Assembly (NCBI GenBank): GCA_001750625.1
Contig: MEIE01000001.1
Location: 9,316-73,315, forward strand
Origin: Candidatus Amphirhobacter heronislandensis
GTDB lineage: Bacteria; Pseudomonadota; Gammaproteobacteria; Tethybacterales; Tethybacteraceae
Length of the DNA: 64,000 nt
Direction: 5' to 3'
The translations under genes were made by a program, and so were the position numbers. A model generated the notes under the pieces. It worked only from the letters and a program-made list of their open reading frames with translations. It searched no databases and was not told the origin of the DNA. Within the stretch, counting starts at the first letter, position 1. Every line of letters starts with the position of its first letter. Positions 8,129 to 17,787 of the stretch are shown in pieces.

Positions 8129-9370
8129 ATGAAAGGACGCCGGGTCGCGGTCACCGGCCTCGGCATCGTTTCGCCGGTCGGCAACGGCGTCGCCGCCGCC
8201 TGGGACAGCCTGCTGGCGGGCCGTTCGGGCGTGACGGCGATCAGCCGCTTCGACCCGTCGCGGTCGAAGTGCCGCATTGCGGCCGAGGTCAAGGACTTCA
8301 AGGACGCCGACGTCTTCAACCCGCGGCACGCGCGCCGCGCCGACGTCTTCATCCGCTACGGCATCGCCGCGGCCGCCGAAGCGCTCGGCGACGCCGGCCT
8401 GGCCGACGGCGCGGGCTTCGATCCGGCGCGGGCGGGCGCGCTGATCGGCTCGGGGATCGGCGGCCTGCCGCTGATCGAGCAGGCGCACTCCATCCTCGCG
8501 GCGGACGGCCCCCGGCAGGTGTCGCCCTTCTTCGTCCCGAGCTCGATCATCAACATGGCGGCCGGCTGGGTCTCGATGCTGTACGGCCTGCGGGGGCCGA
8601 ACCTGGCGATCGCGACCGCCTGCACCACCGGGACCCACTGCATCGGCGAGGGCGCGCGCAAGATCGCCTACGGCGACGCCGACGTCATCGTCGCCGGCGG
8701 CGCCGAGAGCAGCATCACCGAACTGGCGGTGGCGGGCTTCGGCAACGCCCAGGCGCTGGCGGACCGCAACGACGAGCCCGAGCGCGCCTCGCGGCCCTTC
8801 GACGTCGCGCGCAACGGCTTCGTGCTGGGCGAGGGCGCCGGCGTCGTCGTGCTGGAGGAGGCGGAGCACGCGAAGGCGCGCGGGGCCGAGATCTACTGCG
8901 AGCTGGCCGGCTACGGCCAAAGCGGCGACGCGCACCACATCACGGCGCCGCCGGAGGACGGCGCGGGCGCGCGGCTGGCGATGGCGAACGCGCTGCGCGA
9001 CGCCGAGATCGAACCGGCCGACGTGCGGCACGTCAACGCCCACGGCACCTCGACGCCGCTGGGCGACATCGCGGAGACGCGGGCGATCAGGGAGGTCTTC
9101 GGGCCGGCCGCGGACGACCTGGCGGTGTCGGGGACCAAGTCGATGACGGGCCACCTGCTCGGCGCGGCCGGCGGCATCGAGGCGGTGTTCACGGTCCTGG
9201 CGCTGGCGCGCGGCAAGGCGCCGCCGACGATCAACCTCGAGCAGCCCGATCCGCAGTGCGACCTGGACTACGTCGCGGCGGGCAGCCGCGACCTCAAGGC
9301 GGACGCGGCGCTGTCGAACTCCTTCGGCTTCGGGGGCACCAACGCCTCCTTGCTGTTCACTCGGCGCTAG
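8129..9370 (+). CDS. fabF: Beta-ketoacyl-ACP synthase II
   Basis: 413 aa. VAVTGLGIVSPVG N-terminus, active-site Cys region (ATACTTGTHC), HxxxH (NAHGTSTPLGD) and GHLLGAAG motifs. Confidence 0.9.
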   Translation: MKGRRVAVTGLGIVSPVGNGVAAAWDSLLAGRSGVTAISRFDPSRSKCRIAAEVKDFKDADVFNPRHARRADVFIRYGIAAAAEALGDAGLADGAGFDPARAGALIGSGIGGLPLIEQAHSILAADGPRQVSPFFVPSSIINMAAGWVSMLYGLRGPNLAIATACTTGTHCIGEGARKIAYGDADVIVAGGAESSITELAVAGFGNAQALADRNDEPERASRPFDVARNGFVLGEGAGVVVLEEAEHAKARGAEIYCELAGYGQSGDAHHITAPPEDGAGARLAMANALRDAEIEPADVRHVNAHGTSTPLGDIAETRAIREVFGPAADDLAVSGTKSMTGHLLGAAGGIEAVFTVLALARGKAPPTINLEQPDPQCDLDYVAAGSRDLKADAALSNSFGFGGTNASLLFTRR

Positions 9371-9389
9371 GCGCCCGGAGGCCTGCGGC

Positions 9390-12300
9390 ATGCGTCTCAA
9401 GCAGATCATCCTGATCGGCTTCAAGTCCTTCGCGAAGCGCAGCGTCATCAACGTCGGCGACGGCCTGCTGGGCCTGGTGGGCCCGAACGGCTGCGGCAAG
9501 TCGAACATCGTCGACGCGCTGCGCTGGGTGATGGGCGAAAGCCGCGCGACCCAGCTGCGCCAGGAGCTCAACACCGACATCATCTTCAACGGCGCCGCGG
9601 GGCAGCGGGCGGCGGACTGGTGCAGCGTCGAGCTGCTGGTCGCGAACGACGGCAGCCGCGACCTGGGGATGTGGGGCGAATACGCCGAGCTGTCGGTGCG
9701 GCGGCAGATCGAGCGCGAGGGCGACTCGAGCTACTTCATCAACGGCCAGCGCGTGCGGCGCCGCGACGTGGTCGACCTGTTCGCGGGCACCGGCAGCGGC
9801 GCGCGCTCGTATGGCATCGTCGAGCAGGAGCGGATCACGACGATCGTCAAGGCGGAGCCCAAGCGCATCCGCGCCCATCTCGAAGAGGCGGCGGGCGTGG
9901 CGATCTACAAGGAGCGCCGCCGCGAGACCGAGAGCAAGATCAGGTCGGCGCAGGCGAGCCTGGAGCGCCTCGACGACAGCACCGCCGAGCTGCGGCGCCA
10001 GCGCGACGCCCTGGCGCGGCAGGCGCAGGTGACGGCGAAGATGCGCGAGGCCCGCGCGCGGCTGGAGGTGGCGCGGCAGCTCGAGCTGCTCCTGCGCTTC
10101 GAGGCGGTGGAGGCCGGCGCCCGCGAAGCCGAAGAGACGGCGGCGGCGGCGGCGAAGGAAGCCGGCGCGCTGCGGACCCGGCACAGCGGCCTCGAAAAGG
10201 ACATGGAGGGCCTGAACAAGCGGCGCCACGCGCGCGCGGCCGAAGCCAGCAAGCTGCAGGCGGACTACTACAAGGCGGTCGCGGCGAAGGAAAAGCGGCA
10301 GCAGGCGCTGCGGGACTACGAGAGCCAGACCAAGCAGGAGCGCGAGCAGATGGAGGCGGCGACCGCCGAGGCCAAGGAGACCGCCGGCCGCGTCGCGGAC
10401 CTGGAGGCCGAGCTGGCGGCGGGGCGGGAACGCCACAAGGAGCTGGCGGCGGCGGCCGAGGCCGCCGGCCGCCGGATCAGCGGCGCGGAGAAGGAGGAGC
10501 AGGAGGCGGCGCGGCGGCGGGACGAGGCTGCCGAGCGGCTGGTACAAGCGGAGGAGGAAGCGGCGGCGGCGCGGCAGCGGCGCAGCGAGAGCGAGGCGGC
10601 GGCGCAGGTGGTCGAGCACCGGCGGGCCGACCAGGCTAGGCAGCTGGTGGAGGCCGAGCACGAGCTGGAGCATCTGGCGCCGGTCGAGGAGCCGGACGCC
10701 AAGGCCCTGGCGCGCGTCCGCGACGGCGCCGAGCGCGCGCGGCGCGACGCCCTCGACAACGAAAAGCGGCGGCAGGAGCAAAGCGTCGAGCTCGCCGAGG
10801 CCAAGGAGGAGATCCTGCGCCTGCAGGGCGAGCAGGGCGGCCTGCAGGCCGAGCGCGAGCTGCTGCGGGAGATCGCGGGCAAGCTCAAGGACCGCTACGC
10901 CGACTGGCTGGCGGCGCGCGGCCTGGATGCGGCGGCGACCCTGGCCGAAGCCTCCGGCATCAAGGCGCCGGGCTGCGAGAAGGCGGTGGACGCGGTCCTC
11001 GGCCATCTGCTGGAGGGCTTCGAGACGCGGGACCTGCCCGCGCTGCTGGCCGCCGGCGAAATGCCCGAAGGCCTAGTGCTGCTCGATCCGGCGCTGGCGC
11101 CGCAGGAGGTGCGGCCGGCCCCGCCGCCGCCGGGCCTGCGGCCCCTGATCGACGCGGTCGAGGCCAAGCCGCAGTGGCGGCCGCTGCTGGGCTGCTGGCT
11201 GGCGCAGGCCTTCTTGGCGCCGGACCGGGCGGCGGCCTTGGCGGCGCTGCCGCAGCTGGCGCCGGGGCAGCTGGCGGTGACGGCGGACGGGACCTGCTTC
11301 GCGCCGGGCGCGGCGAGCGGCCGGCGCAGCCGCCGGGCGGGCGTCGAATGGAACAGCCGCCTCAAGGAGGTCGAGGCGCGGCTGGCCGAGCTTGCAGGCT
11401 TGGCGGAAGCCGCGGGCCGCCGCCGCGACGCCGTGGCCAAGAGGCTGGCCGAGCTCGAGGCCAAGGCCGCCGGGCTGGTCGAGCGCCGCGAGCGCGAGGA
11501 CGCCGTCCTGGCGCGGGCGGAGCAGGAGGCGCTGCGCCGCAAGCACGCCGCCGAGTACCACGCCGAGCAGAGCCGGCGCCTGCGCGCGGCGATCGAGCGC
11601 GGCCGCAAGGAGGTCGCGGCGCAGGAGAAGGAGCTGGCCGCGGCCGCCAAGCGCCAGGCCGCGGACGCCGAAGGCGCCGAGAAGGCCGCCGCCGCCGCCG
11701 CCGCGCGGCGCGCCGAGGCGCGGACCGCCGAAGAGGCGCTCGAGGCCAGCCGCGCCGCGAGCGGCGAGCTCAAGGGCGCCCTGCACGAGGCGCGGATGGA
11801 AGCGGGGCTCAACGAGCAGCGCAACGGCGCCCTCGAAGAGCGCCTGGTCGAGGCCAAGCTGGCCCTTGCGAAGGCGCGGACCGCGATCGTCAGCCACCAA
11901 AGCAGCTTCCGCCAGCGCGACAGCTCCAAGCTCGAAGGCGACATCGCCAAGGCCGGCGAGGCGGTGGCCGCCGCCCAGGAGGCGGTCGCGACGCTCGAGC
12001 GGGGCATCAAGGAGCTGGACGCCGAGCAGGCCGAGCAGGAAGCGGCGCGGCAGAGCCTGCGGACGGAGCTCGAGCAGGCGGAGCAGCGGCTGCGCGACGG
12101 CGAGCTGGCGGCGGCGGCCAAGCGCGCCGAGGGCGAGGCTTTCAAGGCGCAGCTGGCCGAGCGCAGCGTCGACGCCGCCGAGCTGGCGAAGCTGCGCGAA
12201 CGGCACGCCGGCCTCGAGGAGGCGGGCGCGCTGGTGGCGCGGCTCGAAAGCCGCATCGAGCGGGCGGGCCCGGTCAATTACGCGGCCGAGGACGAGCACC

Positions 12301-12887
12301 GCGCCTGCGAAGAGCGCCTGGCGGAGACCGAGGGGCAGCGGGCCGACGTCAGCGAGGCGCTTGCCGCGCTGCAGGAGGCGATCAAGCGCATCGACGCCGA
12401 GATGCTCGGCCGCATCAAGGACGTCCACGGCCGCCTCAACCTCAAGTTCAGCGAGATGTTCCACAAGCTGTTCAGCGGCGGCAGCGCCGCGGTCGAGCTC
12501 GACAGCGAGGATTTCCTCGCGGCCGACATGCAGCTGAAGGTGTCGCTGCCGGGCAAGCGGGTGGCGAACATCCACGCGCTGTCGGGCGGCGAGAAGACCC
12601 TGACCGCGCTGGCGTTCATCTTCGCGCTCAACGACCTCAATCCGCCGCCGTTCTGCGTGCTCGACGAGGTCGACGCGGCCCTCGACGACGCCAACACCAT
12701 GCGCTTTTGCTCGCTGCTCGAGGCGATGAAGGGGCGGTCGCAGTTTCTGCTCGTCACGCACAACAAGCAGGTGATCGAGCGGGCCGACCATCTGGTCGGG
12801 GTCACGCAGGAGGAGAAGGGCGTCACCAAACTGGTGGCGGTCCGGCTGGACGAGGCGGTTGAGCAGGCGCGCGCGGCGGGCGGCTGA
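9390..12887 (+). CDS. smc: Chromosome segregation protein SMC
   Basis: 1165 aa. N-terminal Walker A (GPNGCGKSNIVDAL), long coiled coils, C-terminal LSGGEKTLTALAF signature and Walker B (CVLDEVDAALD). Confidence 0.95.
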   Translation: MRLKQIILIGFKSFAKRSVINVGDGLLGLVGPNGCGKSNIVDALRWVMGESRATQLRQELNTDIIFNGAAGQRAADWCSVELLVANDGSRDLGMWGEYAELSVRRQIEREGDSSYFINGQRVRRRDVVDLFAGTGSGARSYGIVEQERITTIVKAEPKRIRAHLEEAAGVAIYKERRRETESKIRSAQASLERLDDSTAELRRQRDALARQAQVTAKMREARARLEVARQLELLLRFEAVEAGAREAEETAAAAAKEAGALRTRHSGLEKDMEGLNKRRHARAAEASKLQADYYKAVAAKEKRQQALRDYESQTKQEREQMEAATAEAKETAGRVADLEAELAAGRERHKELAAAAEAAGRRISGAEKEEQEAARRRDEAAERLVQAEEEAAAARQRRSESEAAAQVVEHRRADQARQLVEAEHELEHLAPVEEPDAKALARVRDGAERARRDALDNEKRRQEQSVELAEAKEEILRLQGEQGGLQAERELLREIAGKLKDRYADWLAARGLDAAATLAEASGIKAPGCEKAVDAVLGHLLEGFETRDLPALLAAGEMPEGLVLLDPALAPQEVRPAPPPPGLRPLIDAVEAKPQWRPLLGCWLAQAFLAPDRAAALAALPQLAPGQLAVTADGTCFAPGAASGRRSRRAGVEWNSRLKEVEARLAELAGLAEAAGRRRDAVAKRLAELEAKAAGLVERREREDAVLARAEQEALRRKHAAEYHAEQSRRLRAAIERGRKEVAAQEKELAAAAKRQAADAEGAEKAAAAAAARRAEARTAEEALEASRAASGELKGALHEARMEAGLNEQRNGALEERLVEAKLALAKARTAIVSHQSSFRQRDSSKLEGDIAKAGEAVAAAQEAVATLERGIKELDAEQAEQEAARQSLRTELEQAEQRLRDGELAAAAKRAEGEAFKAQLAERSVDAAELAKLRERHAGLEEAGALVARLESRIERAGPVNYAAEDEHRACEERLAETEGQRADVSEALAALQEAIKRIDAEMLGRIKDVHGRLNLKFSEMFHKLFSGGSAAVELDSEDFLAADMQLKVSLPGKRVANIHALSGGEKTLTALAFIFALNDLNPPPFCVLDEVDAALDDANTMRFCSLLEAMKGRSQFLLVTHNKQVIERADHLVGVTQEEKGVTKLVAVRLDEAVEQARAAGG

Positions 12888-12889
12888 GC

Positions 12890-14122
12890 GTGGTCAAAGA
12901 AATGCTGATCGTCGCGGCGGCGTGCCTGGCGCCGTTCGCGCTGTACTTCCTGTACCGGCTGCGGCGGGCGCCGGCGGCGCCGGCGCCGGCGCGCAAGACC
13001 GCCCCGAAGATGGCTTCGCCGCGCCAGGCCAAGAGCGAGCCGGTCATCCGTCCCGAGGAGCAGCAGGACAATCCGGAGCGCTTCATCGACGAGGAGCTCG
13101 CCGCCGCCGCGGCCGCCGCCCAGCCGGCCATCGTCAGGAGAACCGAGCAGGCGCCCGTGGCCGAAGCGGCCGCCGCGCCGCCGCCACCCGTCCCGCCGGA
13201 ACCGGAGCCAGAACCGCAGCCGGCCCCGGAACCGGCCCCTGCGCCAGCGCCAGCGCCGCCGCCGCCGGCCGCCGCTGCGGACGAAGAGTTCCCGCCGGTA
13301 GAAAGCGACCGGCTGCAGGAGCGGTTCTATTACCTGGCGCGCATGCGCTTCGAGCACGGCATCGAGATGATGGGCGCCCATCAGATTTCCGAGGCGATGG
13401 CCAAGGAGGCGGGGCTGCGGCTGCACCAGACCACGCTGTGCTACAGCCGCGAGAACGGCCGCTGGGAGCTGCCCCGCTCGGAGCGCTCCTACCGCGAGAT
13501 GGTGTGGGGCGTGCCGCTGTGCAACCGCCGGACCAAGCTGTCCGAGGAGCTGCTGCCGGCGATCGTCAAGGTGCTGCAAAGCCAGATGCGCAAGCACCGG
13601 GGGGTGGCCGACTTCCCGGCGAAGGCGGACATCGAGAACCGCCTGGCGGCGGCCGAGGAGTTCTGCGAGGCGGTGGACAAGAAGCTCACTGCGACCTTGA
13701 TCGCGGTCGCGGCCGACGGCGGCGAGCCGCGCAAGAGCGGCGACATCTTCGACCTGGCCCTGGCCGAGGGCCTCGAAGAGGACGGCGACGGCATGCTGCG
13801 GCGCCAGGTCAACGGCGAGACCTGGTACACGATGTCGACCGGGGAGAAGCTGCGGTCGCCGGACCGCAAGGTGGCGCGGCTCGAGGCGGTGCTGGATTTC
13901 CCGCATGTCTCGGAGCCGATCGCCGCCTTCGACGACATGTTCGAGCTGATGGGCAAGCTGGCGCGGGTCCTCAAGTTCCAGCTGGTCGACAACGCGGGGG
14001 CGCCGATCAGCGCGGATGGCATCGCGGCGACGCGGGGCTACCTCATGGACCTCGAGAGCGAGATGCGCGCTGAAGGAGTGCAGCCGGGCGGCAGGCTGGC
14101 GCGGGCCCTGTTCAGCGGCTGA
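12890..14122 (+). CDS. zipA: Cell division protein ZipA
   Basis: N-terminal TM helix, Pro/Glu/Ala-rich linker (PEPEPEPQPAPEPAPAPAPAPPPP), conserved C-terminal FtsZ-binding domain. In the smc-zipA-ligA gene order. Confidence 0.85.
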   Translation: MVKEMLIVAAACLAPFALYFLYRLRRAPAAPAPARKTAPKMASPRQAKSEPVIRPEEQQDNPERFIDEELAAAAAAAQPAIVRRTEQAPVAEAAAAPPPPVPPEPEPEPQPAPEPAPAPAPAPPPPAAAADEEFPPVESDRLQERFYYLARMRFEHGIEMMGAHQISEAMAKEAGLRLHQTTLCYSRENGRWELPRSERSYREMVWGVPLCNRRTKLSEELLPAIVKVLQSQMRKHRGVADFPAKADIENRLAAAEEFCEAVDKKLTATLIAVAADGGEPRKSGDIFDLALAEGLEEDGDGMLRRQVNGETWYTMSTGEKLRSPDRKVARLEAVLDFPHVSEPIAAFDDMFELMGKLARVLKFQLVDNAGAPISADGIAATRGYLMDLESEMRAEGVQPGGRLARALFSG

Positions 14123-14132
14123 GGCCGGCACG

Positions 14133-16894
14133 GTGGCGGACGCGGCGCGGCGGGCGGCCGAGCTGCGCGGGCTGATCGACCGCGCGGACGACCTGTATTT
14201 CAACCACGACGCGCCGGAGATTTCCGACGCGCAGTACGACCGCCTCTTCGACGAGCTGCTCGGAATCGAGCTGCGGCATCCCGAGCTGATCACGGCCGAT
14301 TCGCCGACGCAGAAGATCGCCGGCAAGCCCAAGTCCAGCTTCCCGGCGGTGAAGCACGACTTCCCGATGATGTCGCTGGACAAGATCCACGAGGACCCGC
14401 CCGAAGCGAAGGAGGACAAGGCGGGCGCGAAGCTCGAGCTGTTCTTCGCGCGCTGCGCGAAGGAAACCGGCGGGCGCGTATGCCTGGCGATGCCCAAGCT
14501 CGACGGCATGGCGGTCTCGCTGGTTTACATTGACGGCCGGCTCAGCTGCGGCGCGACGCGCGGCGACGGCCTCAAGGGCGAGAACATCACGCCGAACGTC
14601 CGGCACGTCCGCAACGTCCCGCAGGTTTTGCAAAACGCGCCGCCGGGCAAGCTGCTGGTGCGCGGCGAGGCGATGATCGCGCGCGGCCGGCTGGCCGAGA
14701 TCAACCGGCAGCAGCGGGAGGCCGGCCGGCCGGAGTTCGTCAATCCGCGCAACGCCGCCGCCGGCACCCTGCGGCAGCTCGAGGCGGAGCTGGTCGCGCG
14801 GCGCCAGGTCGACTTCGTGGCGTACAGCCTCATCGGGGAGGGCGCGCCGCCGACGGCCGCCGCCTGCCTGCAGCTGCTGGAAAAGATGGGCCTGCAGGCC
14901 GCCGAGCCGGCCGAGCTGATCGCGGACGCCGAGTCCTTCCGCCGCTACGCCGAGCTGATCGCGCGGCGCAAGGAGGACTACCCCTACGACATCGACGGCA
15001 TCGTGCTGCGGCTCAACGACAGCGCGGCGGGCGATGCGATGGGCTCGACGGCGAAGGCGCCGCGGTCGATGGCGGCCTACAAGTTCCTGGCGGAGAAGGC
15101 GCGGACCCGCCTCGTCGGCGTCGACTGGCAGGTTGGCCGGACCGGCGTGGTCGCGCCGGTGGCGCGGCTCGAGCCGGTCAAGATCGGCGACGTGACCGTG
15201 GCGGCCGCGACGCTGCACAACCCGGACTTCATCAAGGACCGCAAGGGCCTTTTGATCGATCCGAACGCGGCCGAAGGAGAGGTGCCCGACAAGGACAAGG
15301 GCCTGCGCATCGGCGACCTGGTCGAGGTCGTCCGCTCCGGCGACGTGATTCCGAAGATCGAGTCGAGCGCCGCAAGGGGAACGAGCGCGCGGTGCCGCTG
15401 CCAGCCGCCTGCCCCGCCTGCGGCAGCGCGCTGCGCGTCGACGGCGTCAACCTCGTCTGCGGCGGGACCGACTGCGCCGGCGTGAAGATCGCGCTGCTGC
15501 GCTACGCGGTCTCGCGGCCCGTCCTCGACATGGAAGGCCTGGCGGAGAAGACGCTGGAGAAGATGGTCCGGCACGGCTTCGTCAGCGAGCCGGCCGACCT
15601 GTTCGCGCTGAGCGAAAAGGATTTCATCAAGCTCGTCCGGCTGGAGAAGGAAGAGGACGCCGCCGAGCAGCCAGCGGCCGCCGCGGCGACCGAGCCGGTC
15701 GATTTCGCCGTGGACGCCGCGCTGCCGCCGCGCGCGCGCATCGACTCCATCGCCGCCGCGGCGCGCAAGCTGATCACGGCCGCGGGCAAGGAGTCCGACT
15801 GGCGGGCGGGGCAGGCGCGGGCGGACGCGGTGGCGCAGGCCGCGGCGGCGGCGATTGCAGAAGCGCGGGCGGATGGCGAGCCCAAGCAGGCGGAGAGCCT
15901 CGAGCGGCTGGCGGCGAAGCAGACGCGCAGCGTCGAGGCGGCGGCGGCGAAAAAGCGCGCGAGCCTGGCGAAGCAGGCCGACCAGCGCCAGACCGCCGAC
16001 GCCGTGACGGCGCGCCGCCTGCACGGCATCATCGCGAAGGCGAAGGACACCAGCTTCGCGCGGGTGCTGATGGCGCTCAACATCCACGGCCTCGGCAAGA
16101 CCGCCTCCGAGGAGCTGGCGGCGACGCCGGCGCCCGAAGAGTTCATCCGGCGGGGCGACGCGGCCGCGCTGTGCTTCGTGGCCGCGGTCAACTACGACAC
16201 CGCGGTGCGGATCAAGGGCTTTTTCGCTGGCGGCGGCGATCTGCTGGAGGAGGAGCGCGGCTACGTCAGCCGCGACCACGTCGCGAAGCTCAAGCGCGCC
16301 GGCGTGAAATGGCCGGCGCCGCAGCCGCAGCCGCGGCGGCTGCCGTTCGCGGCGCTGCTCGAGCACGTCAACTACCTCAATGGCGCGGCGCCCGAGGCAG
16401 GCTGGCCGCGGCTGTCGGGCAAGCTGGTCGCCGAGCTCAAAAAACATGATGTCAAGTCGGTCGATGAGATCCTGGAGCAGGGCCTGGCGGAGCGCATCAT
16501 GATGCGGCACGCGGCGGTAGCGGCCGAGGAGGCGCTGCGGACCCTGGCGCGGCTGCCGGCGTTCCGCCGCCTGCAGACGCAGCTCGCCAAGTACGTCGGC
16601 GTCGAGTGGTCGGCCGCGGCGCCGCAGCCGGCGGCGGCGGGCAGGCTGGCCGGCAAGAGCGTGCTGGTCACCGGCAAACTGGCGGGCTTTACGCGCGAGG
16701 GCGCGCAGGAGCTGGTGAAGAAGCACGGCGGGACGGTGGCGAGCGGGGTGTCGGCGAAGACTTCCCTGGTGGTGCTGGGCGACAAGCCCGGCGGCAGCAA
16801 GGTCGAAAAAGCCGAAAAGCTGGGGGTTGCAACCATGGCGGGCGACGACTTCCTGCAGATGCTCGGCGAGGACGGCGGCGCGGTGACGGCTTAG
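14133..16894 (+). pseudogene. ligA: NAD-dependent DNA ligase LigA with an apparent single-base frameshift near 15360-15368 (the protein continues in the +2 frame); about 250 aa longer than usual because of Ala-rich insertions
   Basis: Frame A reads ...YDRLFDELL...KLDGMAV...RSGDVIPKIES. Frame B then reads ERRKGNERAVPLPAACPACGSAL (zinc finger) ...HhH... BRCT (GKSVLVTGKLAGFTREGAQELVKKHGGTVASGVSAKTSLVVLG). A GTG start at 14133 immediately follows the zipA stop. Confidence 0.8.
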
Positions 16895-16918
16895 AATCGT
16901 CCCGGGGCGACTTTTGCC

Positions 16919-17787
16919 GTGCAATACCTTGATTTTGAGAAGGATGTCGAGCCGCTGGAAGCCGAAATCGAGCGGCTCCGCCTGAACGACAGCGACAGCG
17001 AGACGCCCCAGCAGGTCGTCGAGCAGATCGGCGAGAAGCAAAAAGAGGCCAACCGGCTGCTCAGCTCGCTGTACCGCAAGCTGGACAGCTGGCAGACCTG
17101 CCAGGTGGCGCGGCATCCGGACCGGCCGCACGCGCTGGACTACATCGAGCTGATGTTCAGCGATTTCATCGAGTTGCACGGCGACCGCATGTACGCCGAC
17201 GACCGCGCGATCATCGGCGGCATGGCGCGCTTCAACGGCGAGCCGGTGATGGTGACGGCATGCCGCATCCGGAGGGCTACCGCAAGGCCCTGCGCCTGAT
17301 CCGGCTGGCGGAGAAGTTCGGCATGCCGGTGGTCACCCTGATCGACACGCCCGGCGCCTACTGCGGCATCGGCTCCGAGGAGCGCGGCATCTCGCAGGCG
17401 ATCGGCGCCAACCTGCTGGCGCTGAGCCAGGTCGCGACGCCGGTGGTCTGCGCGGTCATCGGCGAGGGCGGCTCCGGCGGCGCGCTGGCGATCGGCGTGG
17501 GCGACGAGGTCCTGATGCTCGAGCATGCGGTCTATTCGGTGATCACGCCCGAAGGCAACGCGATGCGCATGCGCGCGCGGGACCTGCTCAAGCTCAACCT
17601 GATCGACGAGATCGTCCCCGAGCCGATCGGCGGCGCGCACCGCGACCGCGAGAAGGCGGCCGCCAACCTGAGCGCCGCCCTGCTCGACGCGCTCGACCGC
17701 GTCCGCAAGCTGCCGACCGACGCCTGCCTGAAAAAACGCGCGGCCAAGCTCAGGAACTTCGGCAGGTATGCCGAAACCTCTTACTGA
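16919..17787 (+). pseudogene. accA: Acetyl-CoA carboxylase carboxyltransferase alpha subunit AccA, disrupted by an apparent ~49-nt internal deletion plus frameshift at ~17255
   Basis: Frame A gives MQYLDFEKDVEP...ARHPDRPHALDYIE...GDRMYADDRAIIGGMARFNGEPVMV. Frame B gives [35 protein letters not shown]...GEGGSGGALAIGVGD. The conserved [17 protein letters not shown] segment between them is absent. Confidence 0.8.

Noticed and set aside
9620-12791. Arg/Gly-rich (+) and Ser/Ala-rich (-) ORFs inside smc (9620..10639, 10316..10888, 10895..12277, 11073..12791, 11174..12862)
   Set aside because: They overlap the conserved SMC coiled-coil coding region. The repetitive Ala/Glu/Arg codons give open alternative frames. 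No independent support.
16895-16918. Possible intrinsic terminator after ligA (GTCCCGGGGCGAC followed by TTTTG)
   Set aside because: The stem is imperfect and very short, and accA starts 6 nt later. Too weak to call.
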